Made by a program: the position numbers and the translations under genes. From the NCBI GenBank assembly GCA_964106915.2, contig OZ066922.1: 64,000 nucleotides of DNA; one strand, 5' to 3'. The notes beneath the pieces are model-generated. The model searched no databases. It had not been told where the DNA came from and saw only the letters and a program-made list of their open reading frames with translations. The stretch comes from Podarcis gaigeae (Eukaryota). Positions 37,740-50,689 of this stretch are shown here, one piece after another (within the stretch, counting starts at the first letter, position 1; every line of letters starts with the position of its first letter).

Positions 37740-38200
37740 TAGGACAAAGCGAGAAAAGTAAAGGCCAATGTTAAAGTAAAGGAACAATTAGAGCAACGCA
37801 TAATCCACTAGCTAGTGTAATTTCACATAAGGTCAAAGAGATGAAAACTCAAGGTCAACAGAAATGTGGTTTAACGTTGAGCGCATTAGCTGACTTGCAT
37901 TCTGGATCGTTGTAATTAATGTCATTAATGTAAACATGCTGTAGAGATCATTACCATTGATATTTAAACAAAACAGGATCGGTCTCCTTTCCCACCACTG
38001 GACTTTCCATTTTACAAGTTGTTTTAATTTTGGTGCAGTCACATGATAACGTTTTGTACAGGACAAAATCAATTGGATACATGCCGTTTGTTTACGGCAA
38101 GTAACTGCATCATCTGATTTCAATTATACTATTGCACAGTAGCAAACAGCGGCAGCCAAACTGAGTTTGCAAGGCAACTTTCTGTTTTTTACTATTGTCA
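37740..38200. promoter_or_regulatory. Candidate conserved enhancer
   Basis: Repeat-free with some CpG retained; TAAGGTCA 37828, TCAAGGTCA 37849, TGTAAACA 37929, TGTTTAC 38089, plus TAATTA, GATA and SOX-like motifs. Confidence 0.45.
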
Positions 38201-39330
38201 CTCCATAAGACCAATTTTTATTTATATTTGGCATGCAATATATGCTCTCGTATAATACAGTTTTTTACTTTGCATTAGAGTTACTCTGTTAACAACAGTA
38301 GTACAAGCACATTAATAATACATTGCTGCAAATGGCATGGTGCAAATCAGATATCAAGTGAGTTGAAAATTTCTGTTTAGTATTTCTAATTAAGGAAGTA
38401 ATCACTTCATTAAGATGGGGAAATCCAGCTGTTTTCCTTGAAACACAGGTCTCAGGACAAGTGACCATTTACTGTGTCATTTTATTTCAGCAAGGAGCTA
38501 CCAGGAAGAGTGGGGTGTGGCACACCAAGGAAGAAAGGAAGAGCCAAGGAACAGAGGCTATTAAGTTCCCCACCCCTCTAAGTACTTGTGGATACCAAAA
38601 TGGTTACTAAAGCTAAAACCACACTCTGCTTAAACCACTTTTCTGCATTTTCATGGATCCCTGAAGGATCTTCCGTCCAGTATTAAATATTGTTGCCAAC
38701 AGATAGATGACATCATAAACTCTATTCTCATGGTACTTAGTATTTCTTCTACAGCAAGAGGTAATAGAGTATTATGGTTCAATCGAGATGTAAGGCTGCT
38801 AAGGAAAGGTCAACCCTGCAAGGAGAATTTTCAAAAGATTCATCATTAATTAAATCTGTTGTAGTTGGGAAAAAAGGGGGGCTATAAATCTGTCTTGAAA
38901 GCCAAAAAGTTCACTGACCAGAGACATATTTGGTTCTGCTTAGAAATTGCAATTCAGACTAAGAAGTCTGCCAACTTTTGTAAATTTGTTAGTAGAGATT
39001 GTAAAGAAAGGACTAACGCTACTAAGTAATGGGTGACCCTATGTTGTACAAGTGGACTGTTCTTCTCCCACTCAAATCTGCTCCAGAGAATCCCATAACT
39101 ATTTGAAACAGATTTGAAGGGATGCGAGAAGAAAGAAAGCATTCACTTGTGAGAGTAGGAACCTACTATGCTCAAGGACTAACACAACTGGATATAGCCC
39201 AATGAGATTGTGTTTGGAAACAGCATTTCTTCACCATCTTTGTGTTCTCCCAAGTTACCGTAGGTCTCTCAGGGGTTTAATAGCAATCTTATGTCTATGA
39301 CCTCTGGCCTGCTGTCATAGGCCCAGTGTA

Positions 39331-39708
39331 GGGACACGGGTGGTGCTGTGGTCTAAACCACTGAGCCTCTTGGGCTTGCTGATTAGAAGGTCAGCAGTTC
39401 AAATCCCTGTGAGAGGGTGAGCTCTCGTTGCTCTGTCCCAGGTCCTGCCAACCTAGCAGTTTGAAAGCATGCCAGTGCAAGTAGATAAATAGGTATCGCT
39501 GCGGCGGGAAGCTAAACGGCGTTTCTGTGCACTCTGGCACTCGTCACCTCAGTGCGTCAGTAGCGGTTTAGTCATGCTGGCCACATGACCCGGAAAACTG
39601 GACAAATGCCGGCTCCCTCGGCCTGAAAGCGAGATGAGCACCGCAACCCCATAGTCACCTTTGACTGAACTTAACCGCCCAGGGGTCCTTTACCTTTACC
39701 TTTTTACC
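39331..39708 (+). mobile_element. Sauria SINE
   Basis: GGGACACGGGTGGTGCTGTGG head; CCTTTACCTTTACC tail. Confidence 0.93.
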
Positions 39709-39929
39709 ACAGCCCCAGAACCTGTGGCACTGATCACCCAATTTTCTAATAGCAAGTCTTTGGAAAATGATGGCAGACGCGAGCTATTTAAGAACACCTT
39801 AAAGGATGGGCTATGATTATGAGGAACGATTTTGATTTTATCACCCGATTCTGTTGTCTGCCGCATAATAGTTTTCATCTACAAGTACGAGCACAGCACC
39901 AACTCAAATTATAGACATTTATACTTAAC

Positions 39930-41315
39930 ATGAAGGCCAACTATGAAAACTATCTAGTTTTGCATCTTGAGAAATGGTTTGCCAATATAAATTTATTGCC
40001 AAGGAGGATGGTTTCAGATCCAGCTACGTCACAATTAATAATTATGTTGTTTTTTGCCTGTTTTTTGCATAAATATGTGTCTGTGTGAAAGGCTTCCTAG
40101 TTCATTGCTTTTGTAGTGCTTTCAATACTATTCAAATAACCTGTCTGGATCATCACTTTTTTTTTTTTGTTAGTGTGAACTCTTTACAATAATAATAGCT
40201 TGAAGGTTAGAGCTGCACCTTCCAGTATTGCTTATAAACAACACTGTATCCCTAACCAGTATATAGTAATGTGGAAACATGGATGTGTACTTCATCCATT
40301 CCCATGTAACTTCTTTATAAACAATTATGCCTCAAAGACCAGGTATGAGAAATTCATTCCATCTGTCAAAGGGAAAAGAAAGCTCTCTTCACTGCTTTAT
40401 GCAAACAACATGCAACCCTTTTCCTTCCCTAAGCAGGCCTCCATCTACTGCTTAGAAGTAGCCTTAAGTTCTTTTTGCAAGGAGAATCTGCTGAACGTTA
40501 ATTACAATAAAACTAAAGTGGATACCTTAGGGAATAAAACAGCTCTCCACACCTGGTGCTTAAATTCCCATATAATTGAACAAGCAGAATCATACCAGTC
40601 CTTTGGAGCACTATTTTCTAGCGCTGAGAAATGAGGAAATTATTTCAGTGATCAAATACGGGCAGTTCTGAGGCTCATGAATGGGGGTGGCTTGCCTTTT
40701 TCAGGCCATATTGACCCATGGTCAGCCCACTGCAGGCTGCATATCAAATGAGGCATGGCTGAGGAGTAAAAGTAGGTGTGGCTGATTCTTTTTTTTTTTT
40801 TTTAAGGACACATTTTGGGGACCATGGGCAGAGTCACAAAAAAACTTCTGGCATCACAGAATCACAGTAGGAGTCATCAGTAAATTATTTAAAATTATTG
40901 GTTCAAGCCAACATATTTTGCCAGAGAAAATTACTGAAAGTATGTTTGTTAGAACAGATTCAATCCAGCATGGCTAAATTAGAGTACCTAGTATATATTA
41001 TTTACTCAAGTTATGGAGCATTTTTCCTTCGATAAACTGCATTCATAGATAGAGGAATTCTGTTCCTCAGCAGGAATTCAAAAACATCATGATGGATAAA
41101 TAAACATAGTTTTTCTTGGTCCCCACAAAGCTTGCCCCCTAGTTTTTGTTTGAATAGCTCCGCTCCAGGAAATGCTTTAATCTGGCTTGGATTTCAGTTT
41201 AATACACAAACAGTTTCAGAGAGAAAAAATTGCAGTACTCTTTGCGCTCTGTGGCATTGAATGTGCAAAGATGGGAAAACAGGATTTGCCACAATGTTAT
41301 TGTGCTGATCTATAA
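39930..41315 (+). mobile_element. Highly decayed RTE-X-like LINE ORF2 (RT domain)
   Basis: GFR..ST-like and AFV-like remnants; SLLYANN corresponds to LLYADD; L.VNYNKTKV and IEQ...(F/Y).(Y/F)LG motifs in ORF 40200-40634. Confidence 0.65.
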
Positions 41316-41324
41316 CATAAAATA

Positions 41325-41667
41325 GTAAAGGTAAAGGGACCCCTGACCGTTAGGTCCAGTTGCAAATGACTCTGGGGTTGCGGCGCTCATCTCGCTTTAC
41401 TGGCCGAGGGAGCTGACGTACAGCTTCTGGGTCATGTGACCAGCATGACTAAGCCACTTCTGGCGAAACCAGAGCAGCGCACGGAATTGCTGTTTACCTT
41501 CCCGCCAGAGCGGTACCTATTTATCTACTTGCACTTTGACATGCTTTTGAACTGCTAGGTGGGCAGGAGCTGGGACTGAGCAACAGGAACTTACCCCGTT
41601 GCGGGGATTCGAACTGATCAGCAAGCCCTAGGCTCTGTGGTTTAGACCACAGCACCACCCGCGTCCC
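41325..41667 (-). mobile_element. Sauria SINE
   Basis: Reverse copy; ATAAAATA in both flanks. Confidence 0.93.
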
Positions 41668-41818
41668 TAATAAAATATTAAGTTCAAATTCCTTCCTCAC
41701 TAAATTGCTCAAGAAACATGAGGATTGGTTTACAAAAACTGATTGTCGCCAACACTAGTCCCACTCTGAGTAACCCCTTGAAATTAATGTGTTATATCTG
41801 TCAACTACCCTGAGAAGG

Positions 41819-41979
41819 TGTTTCCGTGCATTGCTCTGGTTCGCCAGAAGCGTTTTAGTCATGCTGGCCACATGACCCAGAAGCTGTACGCCGGCTCCCT
41901 CAGCCAATAAAGCGAGATGATCACCGCAACACCAGAGTCGTCCGCGACTGGACCTAATGGTCAGGGGTCCCTTTACCTT
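41819..41979 (+). mobile_element. 5'-truncated Sauria SINE
   Basis: 3' half only; 13-bp TSD TACCCTGAGAAGG (41806-41818 / 41980-41992). Confidence 0.92.
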
Positions 41980-42796
41980 TACCCTGAGAAGGACTACAAC
42001 CCTTAACTTTTAAATAAAGTCTGCCAGAAAGTGAAAGAGAAAAATGGTTTACACATTCAGGTGCTTTATTGATATTTAGGCAATGGGTGTACTCTTAACT
42101 AAGCTGCATTATCACCTTGCTCTTTACCTTTTAGACACTGTAGGTTCATATACAGGTATTAAAATGTGGCTAATGAGTGAAACAAATAAAACCGAAAAAT
42201 CCTTATCTGGAATATTATTTGCATTAAAGTTATCTTTTCCTCTAGGTAGATAAGACAATCAGCATTGGCTGTGTGGACTAAATAAGATAAGCAAATTAGA
42301 TCAAATATTGTATTTAGAAATGCCAACTCTAGTTTTTCTCTTTTTCACTTCACTGGAATATCCTCATATACTATCTAATCTTAATTAGTTTAACTTGCAG
42401 TATCTCATGTCCTCTTATTGTTTCTGTTTTGTAACTAAAAACAGAATAGGACTGAGAGCCTAGTTGCAGAAGGGAACACTTGACCAGCTTGTGCTTGTTT
42501 TTGTTGTCATTCTGCCACTCTCTGGTCATTTGCGGAACTACAGTGTTCTATACTAAAACAAACCATGTTTTATTGCAATCCCTCTATGTGGCTTGGTTGC
42601 AGCCTACTGTATTTTATTAGTGTATATAGTAAGGGTAGCCAGCTTGGTACCTTCTGGATGTTGTAGATTACAGCTCCCATCATCAATATTGGCTAAGCTT
42701 ATTGGGAGTTTTTGTCCAAAATATTTGATTGAAAAACATGTCATCTGCCTCTGCTGTTGATTTTTTAATTTTAGAACTCTACTAATACTACATCAC

Positions 42797-42842
<46 letters not shown>

Positions 42843-43092
42843 CCACTTTCCATGTTTTTGTCTCAAGGTGATGCATATAATATGTTAAAACAGCTAAAAC
42901 AGTTATCTAGTTTTGTAATAGCAAAATTGCACTCTGTCACATCGGTGGATTGACTTGAAAATGGAGGGTCAGATTTCAAATCAGAGGTTTCCCTTGTAGG
43001 GTGGGCTGGAGCAGATAACCGTTTCTCAGCTCTACATCTGTGAAATGTTAAAACTGTAACCCAGCTCAGAGGGTTCTCAGGATGATGAACTA

Positions 43093-43333
43093 CAGTAGTA
43101 CCACGGTTTACGAACTTAATCCGTTCCGGAAGTCCGTTCTTAAATTGAAACCGTTCTTAAACCGAGGCGTGCTATCCTTAATGAGGCTTCCCACCGCCAG
43201 TTGCCTTCCACTGTTTGGGTTTAATTCTTAGACAGAGGTAAGCTTCGCAAACCGGGACACTATTTCCAGTTTTGCGGAGTTCATAAACCAAATTGTTCTT
43301 AAACAGGACTGTTCTTAAACCAAGGTACCACTG
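43093..43333. mobile_element. Tigger-like MITE
   Basis: TA-CAGTAGTACCACGGTTTA...TAAACCAAGGTACCACTG-TA. Confidence 0.9.
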
Positions 43334-46300
43334 TACAGCTACAGCAGCTGGTGTTTTTAAAGTGCACAATGTGCCACATACTAAATATTCACAATATTTT
43401 AACTTGGACCGTCATTTCTGTTTGGGCTTAAAATGAGCATTTTGTGAAGAGTAAAGTACACACTTACAAAAAGCTGAAATTTAGTTTGAGCCTTAGTTAC
43501 ATCTATGTTTTTCAAATGATTATATTTGCCTTTACCTTAGTTGCTTGTAATGTTTACTAAGAATAAAATAGTTTTTGAACTAAGTCTAAACACATATAAC
43601 TTCGTTTGTGGATATCATTCTCCTGTTCTATTCCTTCTTTCTGTCTCTCCCCCCCCCTCTGTTGTCTGGTTATCTACTGAAATTTATAATCTTAAAATCT
43701 TTGGAGCAATAATCTTATCTGCTTATGATGTTTGTTATTGTGTCGTGTGCATACATCAACGATACTTTTAAAATAACAACATTATTGATCTTAGGTGGTG
43801 GTGTTTATACTTGAAAATACAATGGAAAAAACAATTCCACGGTGCATGTGCAAACATCCTTTCCATTACTGTTATTCATATGATGACAATATTCCCCTTA
43901 GGAGCATAAGGAGTTCCAGCGCAGAGCATTTAAGATCAAGGCAAGATCATAGCATCATTTTAAATGTTAAGCACTTTGGTCAGTTTACTGTAATGAAGCT
44001 GAAAAACTCTGGCATTGATTTTCATCCTTTTAAGCTAATATATTTATCCAGAAAGAGAGTATAATCTCAAGTTTGTGCTTCAAGGGATGAGTTACTACAC
44101 AAAGCTGGATCTGATAAATATCATATTTCATTTGAGCCATGATAAGAGCCATTTCTTTCATATAGAATAGCATCACTTTATCTCCAAAGCATCAAGAAAA
44201 GGGCTTAAAGTCAAGAATAATATAATCTGATAAATGCTGGTATAACTTTATATTTAAGAACCATTAATCCTCTGGCCTCAACCCCCCTGAGCAAAATCAT
44301 CCGAAGCAAAATAATATCCTGCTATATCAAGGGCTCTCCCTTGCAAACTCTCCACCTATATATAATGCCTTGGTAATGTACCATTCACATCCTCTTCCTC
44401 CTCCTCCTCTTTAGAGTTTGTAAGTTTTCTTCTTGAATATTCATGGACCTCGATTAAGCCTTCAGGCAGAAACATTTTATAATAGTGTTATTTATAACAG
44501 ATGTTCTGTGGAACTACTTTGTGCTTGCAGTACAGGTAATTTGTTGAACTCTCAAGGCAAGAGAACGCTCTTTGAAGAAATCCACACAATGCAGTCCTCT
44601 GCAATCACACTACAGAAATGCTTTCAGCCATAGAAAAAAGGAAAAAGTTATACCACCCGTCAGAAGTGGATTTAATGAGACAGAGGGTGGCATGTAGTAT
44701 ATTGAGTCAGGCTTTAAAAGCTGCTTGCTCTCACTGTCACTCCCAGGATTCTGGCTATATTTGTCTTTTATATATTTGGTTGACTGGCGAAGCAGGAAGA
44801 CATCTCGGGAGCCATGGAGTGAATGGAATCCCTTGGGGCGAAAATGGCTGTCTGAAGGTGGCTTAGTCAAGTAGCATCAAGCTAAGGTTGTGCTGCCCAG
44901 TACTGAATGAGATGACCATTACTCTGACTCAGTAGTCCACTTTAGGCATTCAAAAGATTGCATGAGGGCTCAAACTATGAAGCTGCCTTGGGACATGTGC
45001 ATTAGCTATGCCTCTCCTGATTTTCATGCCTTGAAGAGTACAAAGGTCGTAAGGAGATGCTAACCATGTTAACTGAATGCCATTAGGATAGCTTGGAAGA
45101 GAATAGTTGATTATACAGGATGGGGCAGATTCTAACCATGGTATTCTCAATCCATGAAGGATTATCAGTGTGTAAACATCAGATATGGGAGCTGGCATGC
45201 AGAGAGATGTTGGGGATGGGGACTTTTTGTGCACCTGCTCCTCACTTTTTTCTGAATGCCTGAAGAGGGCTACTCTGTATCTTTCATATGTTTATATAGC
45301 CTTCTCTAGTTCTCTTATGGCCAGAATTTAATGAGTTGGAAAATAAGCTGAATAAAATCCTAAATCCTAAAATCTTTGCAACTCAGCATTTCTCCAGATT
45401 TCACACTCATCTTTAAGAAACTGAACAGTCGTGAGTTGTGCAGAGAAGTGTGTATATAAGCAACTAGCTGGGTTGCAAATCAACTTCAAATAGCAGGAGA
45501 GAGTTTTAGGTATATGGACACTGCTAGGGATTTTTCTTAAAGGCTTGACATGTATAGCTCTGAAACTACTTTACTGGATAAGAGATTAGTAAACTCCAGT
45601 TCTTGTGGATATCATTTTTAAGCGGATTATGTTGGTTCACTGAGGTCTGTTTACTTCATTTTATGTGCAGTGTATATGTGAAGGGATTACTTCCTCCCTC
45701 TTGGTCAACTACTCAGTTTTTCGAAATACATTGCCTTTTTTTGAAAAACTCCTATTTGCTTTTCAAAAAGTTGTTGGAAAGGCTGAAATGTATCTTTTAA
45801 AAAATAACCTATAGAAATTTGTTGGATCAAGCTACAGAAATTATGATACCAGTGTGTACAGCTGGAATATGTGTCTCCATCAAGTTTCCTGCCTGAAAAT
45901 GTTTTCCCTTTGGACATTGCAGTACGGATTCAGAACATTACAGTAGCGTATCAACTGGTGAGACCACTGATCAGAAACAGGCAAAATAAAAATGACCCCC
46001 CAAAATATCTCTTAATGTTCTGGAGAGCTGTTGCCAATCAAGGGTTGATAGTATCAGGATCAATAATATGACTTAGTGCAGTGATCCTGCCCTGTTTAGG
46101 AAGGATTTTGAGGCTAGGGAAGGAGGTGCTATAGAGAACCATAAAGGTGCTACAACCTGGTACAGGTTAAGGCTCCATTGCAAATCAGTCCCCAACCCCA
46201 TCCTGTGCCTGTCACAATATATATCAATGCTGTTTGTAGATATACTCTAGATTTCTCTATGTGTATCTACTAAACTGATTTAATAAATCTTTTTCTTTCT

Positions 46301-46504
46301 TAACTGATCTTACAGTTGGGTTGGCTTCAGAGCCATTACCCCTAGAGTAGGGGTAAGGAACCTGCAGCCCTAAGGATGCTGTTGGGCTCCCAGTTCCTAT
46401 CAGCCCAGGGCAGCATGGCTGATGGCCAGGATTGATGGGAACATCCCTGCAACACTTGGTGGGCCACAAATTCTTCACCTTTGTGCTAGGGTATGCCTTT
46501 GGAC

Positions 46505-46786
46505 TGAGTGCTCACTGGAAGGACAGATCCTGAAGCTGAGACTCCAATACTTTGGTCACCTCATGAGAAGAGAAGACTCCCTGGAAAAGACCCTGATGTT
46601 GGGAAAGATGGAGGGCACAAGGAGAAGGGGATGACAGAGGACGAGATGGTTGGATAGCGTTCTCGAAACTACCTGCATGAGTTTGACCAAACTGCAGGAG
46701 GCAGTGGAAGACAGGAGTGCCTGGCATGCTCTGGTCCATGGGATCACGAAGAGTCGGACACGACTAAACGACAAAACAACAACAAC
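46505..46786 (+). mobile_element. RTE-BovB LINE, 5'-truncated 3' end
   Basis: SLEGQILKLRLQYFGHLMRREDSLEKTLMLGKMEGTRRRG; (CAA)n tail; 12-bp TSD ATGCCTTTGGAC. Confidence 0.94.
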
Positions 46787-47894
46787 ATGCCTTTGGACAG
46801 CAGTAATTGACCTAAATGTGTCTCCTCCGCCTTTCACAATTCTGTTTCTACTTATTTATTATTTTCCATTTATCCTCATAACTGTGATGGTGGTGATGAT
46901 ACCAAGATGCTACTCAGATGCCCTGGGACCAAAGGCTGGGAGTACCATGTAGGATCTCCTCTAACATAAGATGCCTGTTCACTCCAGACATCTACGTGAG
47001 ACTGTAACTCTAGATTTGGCTTCTACCCAAGAAGAAATTCCAGGTTTACTGACTCCTGCTACACTGCTATTATACTGCCTGCTGCAGCCTTTTGGTAGGT
47101 GGCCCCTTGCCAGTGCTTTTTTTTCATTATCAAACCTTAGTAGGATGATTAGGATGAAGACCACCACCATCCCAACTCCAGAATTAAGGGCCACAGTTTA
47201 TTACTGGGCAAATATAGTAGTACAGGCAAAAGTAAAATGCCACTGCATATTGATTCTGCCTTTGGAACAGGACAATGGCAGAGGCGCCTATCCTCATAAT
47301 AAGACTATAATAAAGACTTAATATGAAGCACCGTTAAACATGAACACTGGATACCAGATTCCAGATTTCTCATTTCCAGCCTCCCTTTCTCTATCTATGG
47401 TATTAAAAAAGAAAAGAAAGGAAAAGCAGGAAAGAACATATATAACTGTGATTCTTCACCACAGATGATTTACAAGCAGGAAGAACAATCTGGTCATTCC
47501 TGCTAAAGGCTTAGAAACTGGACAGATGTGATTGCAGTTTCTACTTGCCAATATGTGAAACTTCTATACTCAGCCCTCTCCCATCTCCATAATCTTTTAG
47601 GCCTATCTGACCTTTCAAGACTTATCCTACTGCTTTCTACAGGACTTGGGTGTTTTGCACAGTCTTTACAGCAGTGGGTGAGGCATGACTGACTGAATTA
47701 ATCATTTCGGTCACTGACCAGACTGGAGGCATGACTGGGGAAAAGTATCCATGCATGTGTACACACCTGTGAAAATCAGCCTTTTGTTTCTTCATCCCTT
47801 TCTTTGCTATTTATTTTGTATGTAGCATACAAAAGCAAGAGCAGCATTAAGGAATAACAACTGACTCATATAACTCTATAATTATATGTAAGTT

Positions 47895-48530
47895 CCAGAG
47901 GAGTAGCCATGTTAGTCAGTTACAGGAAAAACAACAACTGAAAAATGTGTGTTGCAGAAGATCGCATTTATCAGAGTTCATCAGATGATTAGAAAGTGTG
48001 ATCGTTAGGCAGTGGGAGCAGATATGTAGAACTTGGGAGTTAAAATGGCAATGAAATGTGAAAAGTACTGCCTGTGCAATTAAGAGCTTAAACGTATGCA
48101 GAATAAGCAGAGTGACTCTCCTCAACATCAGCTATTGGAGATAATTTGTACTCTGCAATGTCAAGAGTAATGTATTAACCCCTGTAGTGGAACAAGAAGG
48201 CATAGTCTCTCTTCAGTTCAAAATAAAGAACACTTTTTGATATGTTGTGATTTAGCAGTTTCATGCCAGAATTCCCCTTTGGAGTTCCTTTGCTCAAGGA
48301 TGGTACCTTAAAGTCAGTAACCTCGCGTGTTCTGGTAGATTGAAATCTTCTACTGTTTCTGCATATTGCCAGTGCAGGTGTCAGATTTGTGGTAACAGTA
48401 TTGCTGGCACATTATAGCATGCATTACATAGGAAGTGCCTAAGGTCACACCCACTTAAGGTCACACCCAGGACTCTGCTAGACTGGTAAAGAAAAAGCAA
48501 TTTATATGAGTTGCATGTGTGATATAAGAT
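47895..48530 (-). mobile_element. Penelope-like element remnant (GIY-YIG region and terminal repeat)
   Basis: Minus-strand peptide remnants AIMCQQ, HKSD, FNLPEH, DFKV; terminus GTAGCCATGTTAGTC typical of reptile Penelope elements. Confidence 0.7.
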
Positions 48531-48631
48531 TGTGCCATCAGATGGCAACGTAGAGCCCCGTTTTTCTCTACCCGTTTTCCCTGTTTAAATTTACGCTTTA
48601 AACTGAAACACTTCTCTGATGAGTCTAGATC

Positions 48632-48838
48632 CAGCCCCACAATGTATATTTAAAGCATTCCTATATCATTTTAAGTTATGGCTTCCTCCAAAGAAGCATG
48701 GGAACCATAGTTTCTTAAGCATGCTGGGAATTGTAGCTTTGTGGGCACACTTAAGAGACTACAGCTCCTAGGATTCTGTGGGGGAAGTAACGACTGTCGA
48801 CATGGCGTAAGAGTGCTTTAAATGTTTGGTGTGGATGA
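48632..48838. mobile_element. Palindromic MITE (probably PIF/Harbinger-like)
   Basis: CCACA..ATTTAAAGCA...TGCTTTAAATG..TGTGG outer inverted repeat; inner TGGGAATTGTAG/CTACAGCTCCTAGG. Confidence 0.6.
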
Positions 48839-50689
48839 CATTAGCTGTGAGCTTCTGTGCATAAGCTTCATGTAGAAAGTTGGGATCTGTAAGCAGTAAT
48901 GCAAAGGCATCAGTGTTGCATCACCGAGAATGAGAGGACTGATATACAACTTTTCCAAAATAAGGGGGGAGGATTTTAAAGTTGCTTTAAAATACCAGAT
49001 TGGTCTTTCCACTTGTAAGAACTGTACCAGCATTCCTATTAAGCCATCGTTCAAAATTATCACATCAGGTCTTAAGGCCTAAACTTTGACTGAAACAAAC
49101 AAACTTGTGTGTTTAATACAAATATTTGGTGTATAAATGTTGTTCCTAGCTCTTCTTGTTGCAATATATAGGAGAGTTACTCCACAGTGCTTATTTCTAC
49201 AGTACTTTTTGTTTTGTATAAATTTAAAAAGTGGCACGCATCATTACTTGGGCACCTATCATCAATTCTGACTTTCTTGCAGTTATTAAAATCATGATGT
49301 TATATGATCAAATATGAAACCCAGAAATTCTTGGTCTATCTAGCTCAGGAGTGTCTATTCCATTGATGGGGAGACTCTGCCTCCTCTCAGATGTTGTTGG
49401 ACACCAACTTCCATCCGCCCCTGCCAGCATGGCCAGTGCTCAGGGAGGATGAGAGTTGTAGTCCAGAAATATCTGGAAAACAGGTTTAGTTACCCCAATC
49501 TACAGGTTTAGTCACCCCAATCTACACTGACTGGCATCAGTTCTCCAGGGTTTCAGACAGCCCTACCAGGGACTGAACCTGTATGCAAATCGAGCACATA
49601 CACCTGCGCTCTATCACTAAATTAAGTTCTCTCCAAACTTATGCTGCACAGAGTACATGCTGCTTCTGAATGGAAACTGGAATCCATGTAGGAAATGTAT
49701 CATATGAAATAGCTCTAATTTTCCTAACACATCAAACCTCCACTTTAAAGCCTTATTATGGTGTTTCACGAAACTGTAAGTTGTCATAATACATAGGAAC
49801 CCAGATGATGAGGAGACAAGAAAAGGCTGGAGACTATGGATATGTCATTGTCAAGTTGTTGTTGTTTAAAGCCAACAGGATAAGTGAACCCACTGAGCCC
49901 AAACAAAAATTAAGCCATCAGTGCCTGCCCTCCAGGAACCTGATATTATTTATATTAATTAATCTGCTGAACCAACCATTCTTCTGGACAAACCTTTGTG
50001 TTTAATCAAGTAATATCATAATAGTATCAATATTACTATCACATTCATAAGTAACATTTTCCATAATGGAAAGGCCCCTCTTATTTCTTGGCTTTTCTAC
50101 TTTCTTAATCCATTAACCTTTTGTTCCTTTGTGAACAGGGATTTCCCTTCCACTTTTTGATACATTAATTCCAGCCTTGGGCTGCCTCGGAGCCAGAAAT
50201 TGATTTAATATTTAGGCTACGTAAGCAATTCTTAATCGGTGACAGCTCAACTTTTCTTGCCATCACTGCTAAAGAGACATTTGCAGCGCTCTGATTTTAG
50301 GTCAGCTTTGCAGAAATGCTATTATGTTTGCAAGCTCTCTCAAACAGAAGTGGAATCCTTATTTTACTAATTTCCAATTAAAAGTTAATTTGAGGTGTGA
50401 CTGCTTATATGGTCACATAAAGTGCCACTATCAACAAAGAAAGCTCAAAAGAGTAAGTCTTAGTAGAACAATGAATCAACAAAGTAACTATTTATACTTC
50501 TCAGACCACAGCTTTGTGCATTTTCCTTGTTCAGATGATTGCAAGAACCATCAAAAAGTCCAGTCAATGGATGCTGGATGCCCTTTCTCAGAGGAAGAGA
50601 GAGCTGCTGCTACACAGCCATTCCAGCACACAGTAATCTACATTAGCAATGTAGGGAGACATACATAATTATTACCAACATTATTATCA

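Noticed and set aside
48616-48635. CTGATGAG hammerhead core
   Set aside because: No downstream stem II/GAAA; runs into a MITE.
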